A stretch of 64,000 nt of DNA from Octopus sinensis (taxonomy: Eukaryota), in NCBI RefSeq assembly GCF_006345805.1, contig NC_043018.1:3410001-3474000 (forward strand), read 5' to 3'. Of this stretch, positions 27,189 through 40,362 are shown in pieces. A program made the translations under genes and the position numbers. Positions within the stretch are counted from its first letter, which is position 1, and each line of letters starts with the position of its first letter. Below the pieces are notes generated by a model, which had not been told where the DNA came from, made no database searches, and worked only from the letters and a program-made list of their open reading frames with translations.

Positions 27189-27590
27189 ATATATATATGT
27201 ATACATACATACATGACTGCATGCATAAATACATACATAATACATGAATACATACATACATACATACATACATACATACATACATACATACATGTCTGCA
27301 TGCATGCATGCATACATTCCTTATCTACATCGATGACATAGTAGACGTCATCAAACATTCTACATTGAAAATCTTTGCAGATGATTCCAAACTCCAGAAA
27401 GCCATAAACAGTGTGGATCTGTTTGCTGTTGCCCAACTCTTATTGACCCTTCTTTCATCTTTAATGAGAACATTTTCCCATATAACAACGCTTCACATTC
27501 ACTCAACCAAGTCTCGCTCTTGCTGTCGCACCACTTACATCCACCCTGTTACCCAAATAACAAGTCGAAAGAATATACGAGAATTTATTA

Positions 27591-27702
27591 TTAATCACGA
27601 CAGTTGTTTCGACGCATCAAGCATCGATCCCTGACGAGTGGGACACTTAACAACTGATTCAGGAGCATCCAGTGGTGCAGTTGTGTCTCATCGGGTGATT
27701 AA
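27591..27702 (-). ncRNA. Hammerhead motif with 8-bp stem I and extended stem II, core variant CCGATGA
   Basis: TTAATCAC-CCGATGA-GAC..GTC-GAAA-CAACT-GTC-GTGATTAA. Confidence 0.68.
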
Positions 27703-28549
27703 ATATATACAACTCGTTACAATAACAGTTCCGCAATGTATCTTCTCATTTCGTAGAAAGAAAAACAGCAAAACGAAGGAAATATCTTCATTTATAGAGA
27801 AGATCAAAAATAAAATCACAGATGGGAATAAAAGGGAAATGAACACGCGATACGGCGAGAAAAGTATTAAAAATAACCGTTAACAAATACAGATGTATAA
27901 ACGCCCTCGCTCAAGCTGAATGGCGCGAGTACACTTGCTTATACAAGCATCCGCGAAAATGTAAGCATATGCACCCGTGTGGTTTGGTACACTCACGGTC
28001 ACAAAGCGAGTTAAGTAGCTATTTTGTGTATATAAGAATGGGGAGATAACAACTAAACTCAATTCATCCATACCTTAATGTAAACAGTTATTCAAATTCA
28101 TTCCCACTGCATTAAGCGAAAATATATTTATATGAGTGGAGGCATCTTGAAAGTCTTTCAGAAATTTTATTAATGATATTTTCATTGGTCTACAGAATAG
28201 ACAGGGATTCCTTGGAGCAGAGGCGGCGCCTCCTAGAAATTATATTATTTGGTTTCGCGTGTCTTACTATGGATCAAGTTATGTTGTAATTAATTTTATC
28301 TTGCTTCAGTCGCCATACAAAATTGACCAAAGATGTTGAATGTCTCTTATAAATTATATATGCATGTATGTATATATATATATATACAGGGTTGGCCAAA
28401 ATCACCTAACAATTAAATCAAAATTCCATAAATACTACCTGTAATTCTGTTTTGACTCAAATGGAAAATTATGTCACTCAAGAAGGACTTCAGTTTGAAC
28501 AATTTTCATGGAGTTTCATATTCAGTTGCTTTTATATAATTCATTCAGT

Positions 28550-28603
<54 letters not shown>

Positions 28604-29040
28604 TGTGTCTGTGTCTGTGTGTCTGTGTGCATGTACTTGCGTTTGTATACAATAGCTGTACATCACTTGAAAAACTCTCATATATATATACATATTGGTT
28701 TGTATTACTGAGCCTGTATGTATGTTCGTATATGGTTGTGTGCTTGTGTTTTGGCTGGTTCCATCAGCGATTTGTGAGATGTGTGGGTGTATTTAACCGT
28801 TTCTACAGGACGATAAAGAGAAGATATTTTCACGCATCACTTGATGCGAAATTCATTTAACGGAGGAAACATTTATGTTTTTATTGCCATGTATATATTG
28901 AATATATACTGCTTCTCAACAATGTATTATATCTATATCAGTCAGGCAATGAATGTGTTTGCTTGGATGGATGGGTGTACACGTGTACATATGCACCTAG
29001 TTTTGTATGCTTGTTTATAAGTATATATGTAGTGCATGCA

Positions 29041-29098
<58 letters not shown>

Positions 29099-30125
29099 CA
29101 GGAGTTGGACAAAATAATGGAAACACCTATCATCATAGCTTCATACTTTTGGAATATGTATCAAACCGTCAAAAGCTTGTTTTTATACTTTTTGGGTTTA
29201 TTGTTAGTGTTGCTTAATATGTTTTGCTAAAATTGCTGTTTCTTTTCAGATATCATCAGAAATTAAAATTCATAAAAATGATAGATCTATCGGACTTTCA
29301 AAGATGTCAAGCAGTTGGTGCTCATATGACAGGCGTTAGCGTAACGAAAACAGCCATTGAGAAAGAGTGAAAAACCTCGTCGAAACAAAACTCCGAAAGA
29401 AAACCAAAACTTTCAGATGGGGACTGTCGGACTCTTACGCGAATAGTTAGATCAGAACGTACAGCTCCCAAAATTACTGCAGAGTTTAATGACCATCCCT
29501 AGAACCCAGTTTCCACAAAAACTGTTCGCCGGGATCTGCACAGACCCGGATTTCACGGGAGGGCTGTAATCAGAAAACCACTACTTTCGAAAACAAACGT
29601 TGCAAAGCGTTTAGAGTGGAATAAAAACCTACAGAATTGGTCCCTAGAGTAGTGGAAGAATATTTTCTCGGACGAGTTATCCTTTACCTTATTTCCTACC
29701 ACTGGCCGAAGCATTCGACTCAGACTGCCTTCTGCCAACTGTTAAACATGGAGGAGAATCTGTGATGATTTGGGGGCTATATCTTGGAAATCCGCCGGCC
29801 TAATGTATTTCCCTTCACGGCAGAATTAATAGTCAAGACTATTTAAGCATTTTATCTGTTGAAATTCATCCTATGGTTGCGAAACTGTTTCCGGAGGGAA
29901 ACGCAATCTTTCAGGATGATAATGCACCAATTCACACAGCTAAAGTTGTTACTGAATGGCTCGAAAAACATTCTAGAGAAGCTGAACATCTTATCTAGTT
30001 ACCACTGTCCCAAGATCACAATATTATTGAATATTTATGATGCATTTTAGAAAAACAAGGAGTTGATATCTTCCACCATCATCACTGCAAAAACTAGAAA
30101 CTGTTTTAGCTGAAGTATGGATAAG
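29099..30125 (+). mobile_element. Decayed Tc1-like (DD34E) transposon, right end lost
   Basis: TA|CAGGAGTTGGACAAAATAATGGAAACAC TIR; IFQDDNAPIHTAK..W and QDHNIIEYL motifs with frameshifts. Confidence 0.82.
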
Positions 30126-30220
30126 AACATTTGTTTTATTATTTATTTGTATATATTGGATAATAAGTGCAGCATGTTTTGTATATCGGTATTATTATTA
30201 TACTTTTCAAGTTAATTATA

Positions 30221-30352
30221 TCCTCTGACGAGGCCTATGGTTCTTTTAACATATAAGTATATTTTTTTATGTCTATAACCATAATATACTGACATCTATA
30301 GGCAATATAAGTTGAACTGACTCTTGAACATAGGCTGAAACAGCTGTAAGGA
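30221..30352 (+). ncRNA. Type I hammerhead ribozyme with about 80-nt loop 2
   Basis: TCCT-CTGACGA-GGCCTATG(G)TTC..GAACATAGGCT-GAAA-CAGCT-GTA-AGGA; palindromic stem III ACAGCTGT. Confidence 0.85.
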
Positions 30353-30553
30353 GTAGTTTATGAATTTCAATAATTTATAATATGACTATTAAAATATGTA
30401 TTTGCATTATTTTTATTATTATATTACCTATTGATTTATATAATGTTTTGTTTTATTTTGATGTTCTCATTTGTATAATTAATAAATAATGTAAAATTGT
30501 AATATCCGTAAGTTGATGAACGAGATGAATTTGTTTCTCCATTTTCTTATTTG

Positions 30554-30627
<74 letters not shown>

Positions 30628-30694
30628 TATATATACCTATATATGCATATATATATATATATTTACATAAATATATACATATATATATTTATTT

Positions 30695-31055
30695 TCTTTT
30701 ATTCTTTTATCTGTTTCAGTCATTTGACAGCGGTCAAGCAGCAAATCCATCTCAGGACTTATTCTTTGTAACCCTAGTACTTATTCACTTTCGCTGAATC
30801 GTTAAATTACGGGGACGTAAACACATGCATCGGTTGTCAAGCGATCTTGGGGGACAAACAAAGACATACAGACACACATGTGTGTGTATCTAGGACGGGA
30901 TTCTTTCAGTTTCCGTCTACCACATCCACTCACAAGGCTTTGGTCGAACCGAGACTATAGTAGACACTTGCTCAAGGTGCCATGAAATGGGACTGAACCC
31001 AGAACCATATCTGATTTGTAACCAAGATACTTACCACACACCCACTCCTGCGCCT
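30695..31055 (-). mobile_element. SINE family B, diverged
   Basis: Homologous to other copies. Confidence 0.8.
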
Positions 31056-31104
31056 AATATATATATATATATTATATATATATATAATATATATATATAT
31101 ATAT

Positions 31105-31147
<43 letters not shown>

Positions 31148-31151
<4 letters not shown>

Positions 31152-31360
31152 GTTAATCCAACATGAAAATAGTAAGAGAAAACACAACAACGCGAGGACG
31201 TGGAACAAATACAGTATTATTGGACGCTCAGGAAGGAAGGGAAGAAGGAGGGTTTTACGTTTCGAGCGGAGCTCTTCGTCAGAAACATAGGAGAAGGAAA
31301 GATCCAGAGAAGGGAAGACGGAGGAAAGAAAATCGCCAACGGTACACACGTGGTCACATA
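31148..31360 (-). mobile_element. About 210-bp non-autonomous HHR-bearing element in (TA)n
   Basis: Related to 59350-59535; contains HHR 31252-31286. Confidence 0.7.
31252..31286 (-). ncRNA. Minimal type I hammerhead ribozyme
   Basis: GTTT-CTGACGA-AGAGC tcc GCTC-GAAAC-GTA-AAAC. Confidence 0.82.
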
Positions 31361-31377
31361 CATATATATATATAGAT

Positions 31378-31488
<111 letters not shown>

Positions 31489-31509
31489 TACATATACATA
31501 TACATATAT

Positions 31510-34255
31510 CTCTGTATACGCAAACACAGACACAGGATAGCACCAAACAGGCAGGAGGAACCAAAAGTCATAAAAATTATCAATCTAACTCACAAACCAA
31601 ATCAATATACACTCCAACACCCCAACTACAATGAAATTAAAGAAGACATCGCGGAATTCTGTAGAAAATTACGACTCGCTGAGTAGCTATACGACAAATA
31701 CAACGAGGACGAATCGTTGGTCCGAAATAGAAGTAACTACACCCCCTCAAAAGGTAAGAACAAAACTTTTGATAATTTCTGTGAACACGTCTCGAATTAC
31801 CCATACATATGCACAAATATAAACACAAACCAAACTCCAGTAAAAAAGAATGGGCTGAGCTGAACAAATTAAAAGATAACAAAGCAATAACAATCAAAGA
31901 GGCTGATAAAGGGAGTGCAGTTGCCTTAATGGACACGGTATTCTAAATAACTTTAGTACTATCCATATTGGAAGACGCAGCATATTATGAAAAGGCCCAA
32001 CACTACAGTCAGCAGAAAATAATGAGAGACTTAAAATCCATGTTAAACCTATACAAAGCAGGGCTCACCGACAAAGAATATGATTATATGACCAATTTCA
32101 CAAGCAAAACCAGCCAATTCTATGGTATTCTCAAGATACACAAAAGTGAGAAAATAAGTAACGCATGCAAGATAGCCACAGACAAAATAATTAAAGTCCC
32201 TAAACCTAATGACCTCAAATTGAGACCTATAATAGCAGGTCTCCGCATGCGAAACCCACCGCCTCAGTAACTTTTTAGATACCCTCTTAAAACAACTCCT
32301 CAAACATGTCAAAAGCTATATAGGGGACGACCTGGATATGCTCAATCACCTGTCTAATACAAAAATACCCTACTAGTCTCCTTCGACGTAGTCAACCTCT
32401 ATTCCAATATCCCCCACAACCTGAGAATAGTAACAATTCAATTCTGGCTAGAGAATTACGCCAACGAAATCCCACATCAAAAAAGAATTCGTGATAGAAG
32501 GGCTAAAATTCATCTTGGAGAATAACTACTTCGTCTTTAAAGACAACTTCTACCGACAAAAATCGGGGACTGCGATGGATACGAGAATAGCCCCCTCCTT
32601 TGCTATCCTAGTCATGGGTTATCTAGAAATTTGTCTTCATCATAAGTTTCTAGAAAAATACGGCAGCCCTTTCTCCCTCTACATAGAAAATAACTGGAAC
32701 AGATACCTGGATGACTGTTTAATTCTTTGGCATGAAAATATAGAGAAGCTTAAAGAATTCCAAGCACTTATAAATGGACTTGACGTAAACATTCATTTCA
32801 CGATGGAATATAGCCAGCAACAACGTCCTTTCCTCGACATCCTCATTAAGAAATCTAACAACCTAATAGAAACTATATACTATAAGCCTACGGAGTCCAA
32901 GCAATATCTAGCGTTCAACTCATGCCACCCCAGACACACTAGAATGAATATCCCCTTCAACCTAGCAAAAAGGATAAGTACTATAGTTTCTAATGCAAAC
33001 ACCAGAGACACACGACTACATGAACTAAAGGATACCCTCATCACCAGGAACTACCCACCTTCACTAATTGACGTATATATTCAACTCAACATCCAGGAAC
33101 TCAGACATCCCAAATTAAAGAAGGATTTACAACCAAACGCCTTACCATACATCTCCACACACAACCCTCTCAACAATGAAGCCTTCGACACCATCCTTCA
33201 AAACATTCCCCTGCTAAAAAAGGACTACAGAATGAACTTAATCCTCCAAACACACACCATCATAAAAAGTAAGAGATAACCCAAATCTATGAAGTCTCCT
33301 AACACAAGCCCGAATACGCTCAACAACAACACAGAAGCCGTCAGTAAAAAAGTGTGGAAGACCCAACTGTGGCATATGCTACTATTTAATTGAGGGATCA
33401 CAGTTCTCCTTCAAACAGGGACAACGTTTCACAGTGAAAAGCAACTTCACATGAGCTTCGGAGAACCTGATATACGCACTAACCTGCTCTGGGTGTCAAT
33501 AGCAGTACATAGGCCAAACAAAAAACAGTCTACGTAAAAGAATGGCTCTGCACAGATCCCAGAACAGAAAAAATAGCATTCAGCCAACACATAGACATTT
33601 GCACCAATAACAAAAATTCAAGTTTCAGAATTTCTCCCCTCTACCAATTCAGGGACGATACAACCTGTAGCCAACGAATTAGTAAAGAGACTTTCTTTAT
33701 TACAAGATACAGACCCCTTTTGGACGCATCTACAACAAACGACATATCCACCACAGCCTTAGAACAACACACACGCAAATGTTAAAAATGATACACTCAA
33801 GAGATTCCCAAGAATTCATTAAAAAACAGTCTCAATCACTGCTAGAATCCATATAATTTTAGGTCACTTGACCATTTAACACCTTACTACTATTATACTA
33901 CCTACATTCCTTCTTATTCCCCCCTTCTCTTTCTTTTTTCTTCTTCTTCTTCTTCTTCTTCTTCTTCTTCTTCTTCTTCTTCTTCTTCTTCTTCTCCTTC
34001 TTCCCTACCAAGAATTCACAACGACCTCGAACCCACAAGAGTAAACAAGAGAGACAGAGACAAGCAGAAACAAGGAAAATGCCCCTTCTTTTTGAATACT
34101 ATGCAAATATTCTTTTTAAAAACTTTTCTTTTAATTTTTCCAAAATTCAATTGTTTTCCATGCTTACAGTTGAAAAAGTCTCAATGACTGAAACCGGTAC
34201 TGAAATGTTTTTTTATAAAATTATTTTAGCATTTCCTACCTTGACTTGTTTTTCC
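31510..34255 (+). mobile_element. Penelope-like retroelement (RT plus GIY-YIG), 5'-truncated and pseudogenised
   Basis: IKEADKGSAV, FYGILKIHK, LRPII, LVSFDVVNLYSNIP, GTAMDT, RYLDD, PFLD, SCHP.H; then CGRPNCGIC and NLIYALTCSGC..YIGQT..R; stops and frameshifts; degenerate HHR at 34167-34202. Confidence 0.92.
34167..34202 (+). ncRNA. Degenerate hammerhead in the PLE 3' end
   Basis: CAG-TTGAAAA-AGTC tcaat GACT-GAAA-CCG-GTA-CTG; two core substitutions. Confidence 0.6.
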
Positions 34256-34302
<47 letters not shown>

Positions 34303-34824
34303 TATGTATGCGTATGCTTGTGTGTATGCATGTATGCATATCTATATACATGTATATGTATGTATGTATATATATATATATATATATATATAAATGCATG
34401 TGCTTACACAAGCGCGCGTTTGTACCTGTACGTGTGTATACAAGACATCCGTGTGTATGGGTACCATAGCTACATGCGTATGTCCGTCTATATATATGCG
34501 CTGTTGCATGATATTTCAATATACATACATACATACATACATACATACATACATACATACATACATACATACATACATACGTACGTACGTACATACATAC
34601 ATACATACATGCATACATACATACACACATACAATCGAAATGCGCATCACCATTCGAAAGTTGAGCGTGAAGATTAATGAATAGGAAATCAATGAATCTT
34701 AATGTTATCATTGATAGTAATAATCAGTTTGGTTTTCCTGTTGTCGCAAGTTTAAACACGATCTTTTGATGGACGGAATCCGTCGTCTGTCTTTCTAACC
34801 TGAACACCACACACACACACACAC

Positions 34825-34859
<35 letters not shown>

Positions 34860-35116
34860 CATAACACATACACTCACACTCACACACACACACACAGAAT
34901 ACAGCACACATACACACATATACACGCGTGAACGTCTTTTATCCTTTACTCGTTTCAGTCATTGGACTGCGACCATGTTGGGGCATTCCTTGGAAGGAGG
35001 TCTTGAAGTCCAACAAATCGACCTCGGCATTTATTTTTTCGACGTCTGGTACTTAGTCTATCGATCGCTTTTGCCGAGCTGCTATATTACGGGAACATAA
35101 AGAAATCAACATCGGT

Positions 35117-35297
35117 TCAGTTCAATATTTAAGAGATAAGGAACTATGTACATTATTTACATTATTTACAATTGATGGATATTTGTCCTCATCTTGTTTG
35201 TTGTTAACACAACGTTTCGGCTGATATACCGTCCAGCCTTCATCAGGTGTCTTGGGGAAATTTCGAACCTGGGTTCTAATTACTGAGGTACTTTTGA

Positions 35298-35331
<34 letters not shown>

Positions 35332-35350
35332 GGTGTTATTATTATTATTA

Positions 35351-35402
<52 letters not shown>

Positions 35403-35499
35403 TATTATTCTATGTTTGACTTTTGCTATATATTGGTACAAGTTGGCTCCAAGTCTCACCCAGAGACCTCAAGAGACAACAGGTTGGAAGTTCACGTTG

Positions 35500-35568
<69 letters not shown>

Positions 35569-35639
35569 TCACTGCCTGGAATCGAACTCAGAATTTTGGG
35601 GTTAGTAAGCCGTGCTCTTAACCACTACGCCATATGCCC
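35117..35639 (-). mobile_element. Full-length tRNA-headed SINE-like element with (AAT)n linker and hammerhead ribozyme
   Basis: Head 35639-35565 with A-box TGGCGTAGTGG and B-box GAGTTCGATTCC; (AAT)n/(AAC)n; HHR at 35206-35251. Confidence 0.8.
35206..35251 (-). ncRNA. Minimal type I hammerhead ribozyme
   Basis: GACAC-CTGATGA-AGGCTG gacggtatat CAGCC-GAAAC-GTT-GTGTT. Confidence 0.83.
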
Positions 35640-37970
35640 ACGAATGCTGGACAATTCGCGGCACTTCGTCCGTCTTTACACTCTGAGTTCAAATTCCGCG
35701 GCTGTGGGCGACTTTGCCTTTCATCCTTTAGAGATCAATAAAGTAAGTACCAGTTGTGCACTGGTGTCGATGTAATTGACTAGCACATTCTCCGAAATTG
35801 CTGGCGTTGTACCAAAATTTGAAACCAATAGTTTACAGAAAGAAAGACATTTTGGCTAAAGTTGGCCTCAGCGTGATTGGAACACAGATCACGAAGAACG
35901 GCAACAAATCCCATCAGGCTTTTGTCGGACGTCCGACCCATTCAGTTTAATCGACCGCCTCACAATAGATAAGATGAGATAAGATTTTCTTCCTTGCCCC
36001 ACCTCGTAAAAGAAAAACAAAATGGCGTCGTAACATCGTAACTGTTGAAATGCCTTGACAGCTAAAAGCTATTAGGTTTTTCTTCCATACAGAGCTATCG
36101 GTTCTCTATTAACTCGGGGCTGTCAGCAAGAGCAGGAATATTTACAAGATAATGATTACTTCTTTTTAGATTGGGACAAGGCCACGCGTTTGGTTAGTGA
36201 TGAAAAGAATCGATTCAATCGATCTCAGTACTTAACAGAGGTGTGTGCGTGTGTGTGCGTAAGTGAGTGAATGAGTGAGTGAGTGAATGAGTGAGTGAGT
36301 GAATAAGTGAGTGTGTGAGTGTGTGAGTGAGTGTGTGAGTGAGTGAGCCATGTGTGAGTGTACTTTATCGACTTTGGAAAGATAAAATGCATAATGCAAA
36401 ACGACATCAAACAAAACTGTTTTTTTTTTATCTACATTTCTTTCCAGTTGCGATATCTACAGCACACACACACACACACACGCGCGCGCATATTTATTTA
36501 AAAATCTTTACGTCAAACATTGTGCGCCGTGAATTTTCAGGACTCAACAGGTAGATGGATACAATCGAGGTAAAACAAGACAACGATTGATTTCTAATAT
36601 CGATACAAGACCACAAATTATTGGTGCAGGATAGGGTGTATGCGATTCTGGTTATTATTTTACCTTTCATCCCCGGAAGAATGAAATGGTAGCTGTGAAG
36701 TTGGCGCAATTTGAACTCAGAACGCACAGCGCGATAACTAAGCACCGATTACTTTTCATAAGCTTCAAAGCTTCGCAAATTTAGAAGGAGATAGTATTGT
36801 CGATTAAGAATTACCCCAGTATATAGCTGGTATTTATATTTCTTCACTTATGAAATCATGACAGGAAATATTGAACTTAGATCGTAAACGACCGAAGCTA
36901 AATACCACTAGATATAATGTTGTCTTAGATACAGAGAAATTCTGAAAATCTACTGTTTTGTCAGAATTCTGGTTGAAGTCAAAAGTCAATATTTGGACAG
37001 GCTGAATCGTTAGGGCGTTGGACAAAATGCCCGGTGGTGTTTCTTTCGATACTTCAAATTCCACCCAATATCAACTTAAATTTTATTCCTTCGGAGTCGA
37101 TATTATAATTTACCGTTCAATTATTGAGGTGAATGATATCGAATTGCCCTCTTTCTTTAAAAATTTGCTGGCCTAATGCCTATATTATAAAGTATTATTT
37201 ATGGAAAAATAAATTTATATCACAAACTGGTATATTTGATGTTGTTGTTTTTTATGATGATGGTGACGATGACGATACAGAGTATAAATCAGTGCCCTCA
37301 ACAATTATCTGATTGCCCTTAAACACTGGAGTAAAAAATCTTCCACCTCCAGTAGTCAACTGGTACTTACTTCATTGACCACGAATGGTTGAAAGGCAAA
37401 GTTCCCCTAATAATAACCCCTTTCTACTCTTGGCACAAAGCCTGAAATCTGGGAGCAGGGGACTAGTCAATTACATCGACTCAAGAGCCTAACTGGTACT
37501 TGTTTCATCGATTTCGAAAGGATAAAGGCAAAATCGACCTCGACGGAATTTGAATTCAGAACGAAAAGACAGACGAAACTCAGCCAAGCATTTTGCCCGG
37601 TTGACATAATCATCCGGAAAAAGAGAAATCCAGTTTCTGAAAAACAAACCATCTCAATAATAAGTGTCTTGTAAATGATTACACAAAGTTCAAACAGACA
37701 CAGTTAATGAAAACACCAGGTTTAACACACACAGATAAAATACTAACGCCAACGAAGAGCGCTCAAAGTAGTCCCAAGACCTCCCTGAAATGGAACTCAA
37801 ATCAGTCTCAAATCACAACCAGTTGTCTTAGAAAACAACACGCTAGATAATGTGATCCAAAATTCTCTACTCACAGAAAGGTAGAGGGATGGTCACTGCT
37901 GGAATGCTTTTTAATCATAGATCAGGGCCGACCTGAGGATAAACAACTCTGATTACTACTACTACTACTA

Positions 37971-38021
<51 letters not shown>

Positions 38022-38043
38022 AGTAGCACTACCAAGCGCTGCG

Positions 38044-38083
<40 letters not shown>

Positions 38084-39159
38084 CATATATATATCACGTA
38101 GTTTCTTTTCGTTGTATGAGGAAGGCATCAAACTGACAGAGTCGCTAAAGCGTGGTGAGATGAAATACCTTGCGTTATTTATTCTGGATCTCTGCGGTCT
38201 AATTTCAAAATCCGCTGAGGTTTACTTTGCTCTTTCATGCCTTTGGGTTCCATAGATAAAGTAGGGATCAAGTATTGAGGCTGTCTATCGTCTCTACCCT
38301 CAGAATCGTGTCGGCTGAAAGACCCAAAGAAGAAGTTTCACATCAATGTTTCACCAATCTTTTTACCGATTTTCTGCGGACTTGCTAAGAAAGACACAAT
38401 GAGAGACAACGAGAAACAACACAAAACATTGTACATAACTAAAGCTACGATGGGCCGTGAAAAGGAAAACTTAAGCTTTGACCTTCTGCTTACAAAAGAT
38501 TCATGATCAACTTGTATTATGTCTTCGCAAATGGTTTTAAGTACTAAATTGTCGCCAGCAGATACACGCATATCCTCTGTGCTCGTAGCCTTAATCTAGT
38601 TGATTACTCAGAAACGATAGCCAAGTGGAGTGAAAGATGCATCAGTACAGGTTTGTTATCTTATTAATGGCCCCAAAAAGTTGGGCGGCAAAGTTGACCT
38701 CGGATATAATTGAATTAAAAATGGAAAAAAGCTGTTACAGATATTGCAATGATTTCTAACCGTAGCTTTAACGTCTCTTCAATTCATTATCTTACAGTGA
38801 GACTAACATTACATAACCTAAAGTGTCTTTCCTTTCTGCTTTTATTTTGTCCTTATTTTATTTATTTACTTTTCTATGAAAGACATTAATGTGTGATTTG
38901 AAGGATGACCGCATCAGGATTTTGGTCTCAGGGCGCAGAGGGTAGAAAAATGGATCGTAACTCGCTTTGTCCGAACCTTTTACAGTCTGCTGATCGATAG
39001 CTTTGAATATTGCAAACCCGCAATAAAGATAAGAAAACAAAAATAATGAATGGGTGTTTGCAAATTTTGGCAAGAAGCCAGTAATTTTGATGGAATTCTT
39101 TAATTCTTTAAAGCGTTTCAGCCTTAAAGTTGTGGTCATGCTGGAGCACCACCGTTGAA

Positions 39160-40362
39160 TGATTAAGTTGATTACATCGACCCCAGTACTTAACTGATGT
39201 TTATTTTATCGACCACGAGATAATAAAAAGTAAAGCCGTTCTCGGCAAAATTTGAACTCAGAACGTAAAGATAGACGAAACACCGTTAAGCATTTTTCTC
39301 GGCACACGAACAATTCTGCCAGCTCGATGCCTTAGAATAATAAAATGAAACTGTCTGCTATAGGCACGAGGTCTGAAATTTGAGGGAAGTGGGCTTGTCG
39401 ATTTCATCGGCACCACGACTTGACTGGTACTTACTTTATTGGTCGCGAAAGGATGAAAGGCAAAGGCATCCTCGGAGGAATTTAAGTAAAGAACGTCAAA
39501 ACGGACGAAATACTAATAAGCATTTTCCCGGTATGCTAAGGAATCTTTTCTGTTATAAACACAAGGCCTGAAATTTGGGGGAGGGGGATAGTCGATTTCA
39601 TCGACCACAGAACGTAACTAGTACTTATTTAATCGACCCCGAAAGGATGAAAGGCAAAAATCGACCTCGGCGGAATTTGAGCTCAAAACGTAGAAACAGG
39701 CGAAATACCGCTAAGCATTTCGTCTTGCGTGCTAATGATTCTACTAGGTGGCCACCTTTAAAGTGATAAAATAATCTTTTCTACTCTAGACACAAGGCTC
39801 GAAATTTTAGTGGAGGGAGCCAGTCGATTAGATCGACCTCAGTACGCAACTGGTACTTAATTTATCAACCCCGAAAAGATGAAAGGCAAAGTCGACCTCG
39901 GTGGAGTTTAAACTCAGAATGTAAAGACGGACGAAATACCTATTTCTTTACTACCCACAAGGGGCTAAACACAGAGAGGACAAACAAGGACAGACAAATG
40001 GATTAAGTCGATTATATCGACCCCAGTGCGTAACTGGTACTTATTTAATCAACCCCGAAAGGATGAAAGACAAAGTCGACCTCGGCGGAATTTGAACTCA
40101 GAACGTAGCGGCAGACGAAATACCTATTTCTTTACTACCCACAAGGGGCTAAACACAGAGAGGACAAACAAAGACAGACAAACGGATTAAGTCGATTACA
40201 TCGACTCCGACTCCAGTGCGTAACTGGTACTTAATTTATTGACCCTGAAAGGATGAAAGGCAAAATCGACCTCGGCGGAATTTGAACTCACAACGTAACG
40301 GCAGGCGAAATACGGTTAAGCATTTCGCCCGGCGTGCTAACGTTTCTGCCAGCTCGCCGCCT
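39160..40362 (-). mobile_element. Head-to-tail array of about 6 SINE family A units
   Basis: Repeated ATCGACCCCGAAAGGATGAAAGGCAAAGTCGACCTCGGCGGAATTTGAACTC blocks about every 180-220 bp. Confidence 0.9.

Noticed and set aside
31148-31360. Inverted pLTR of the adjacent Penelope element
   Set aside because: Its HHR and flanks do not match the PLE 3' end at 34080-34255; treated as an independent insertion.
35565-35639. tRNA gene
   Set aside because: A and B boxes are present but the acceptor stem does not close and there is no T-run terminator; it is a SINE head.
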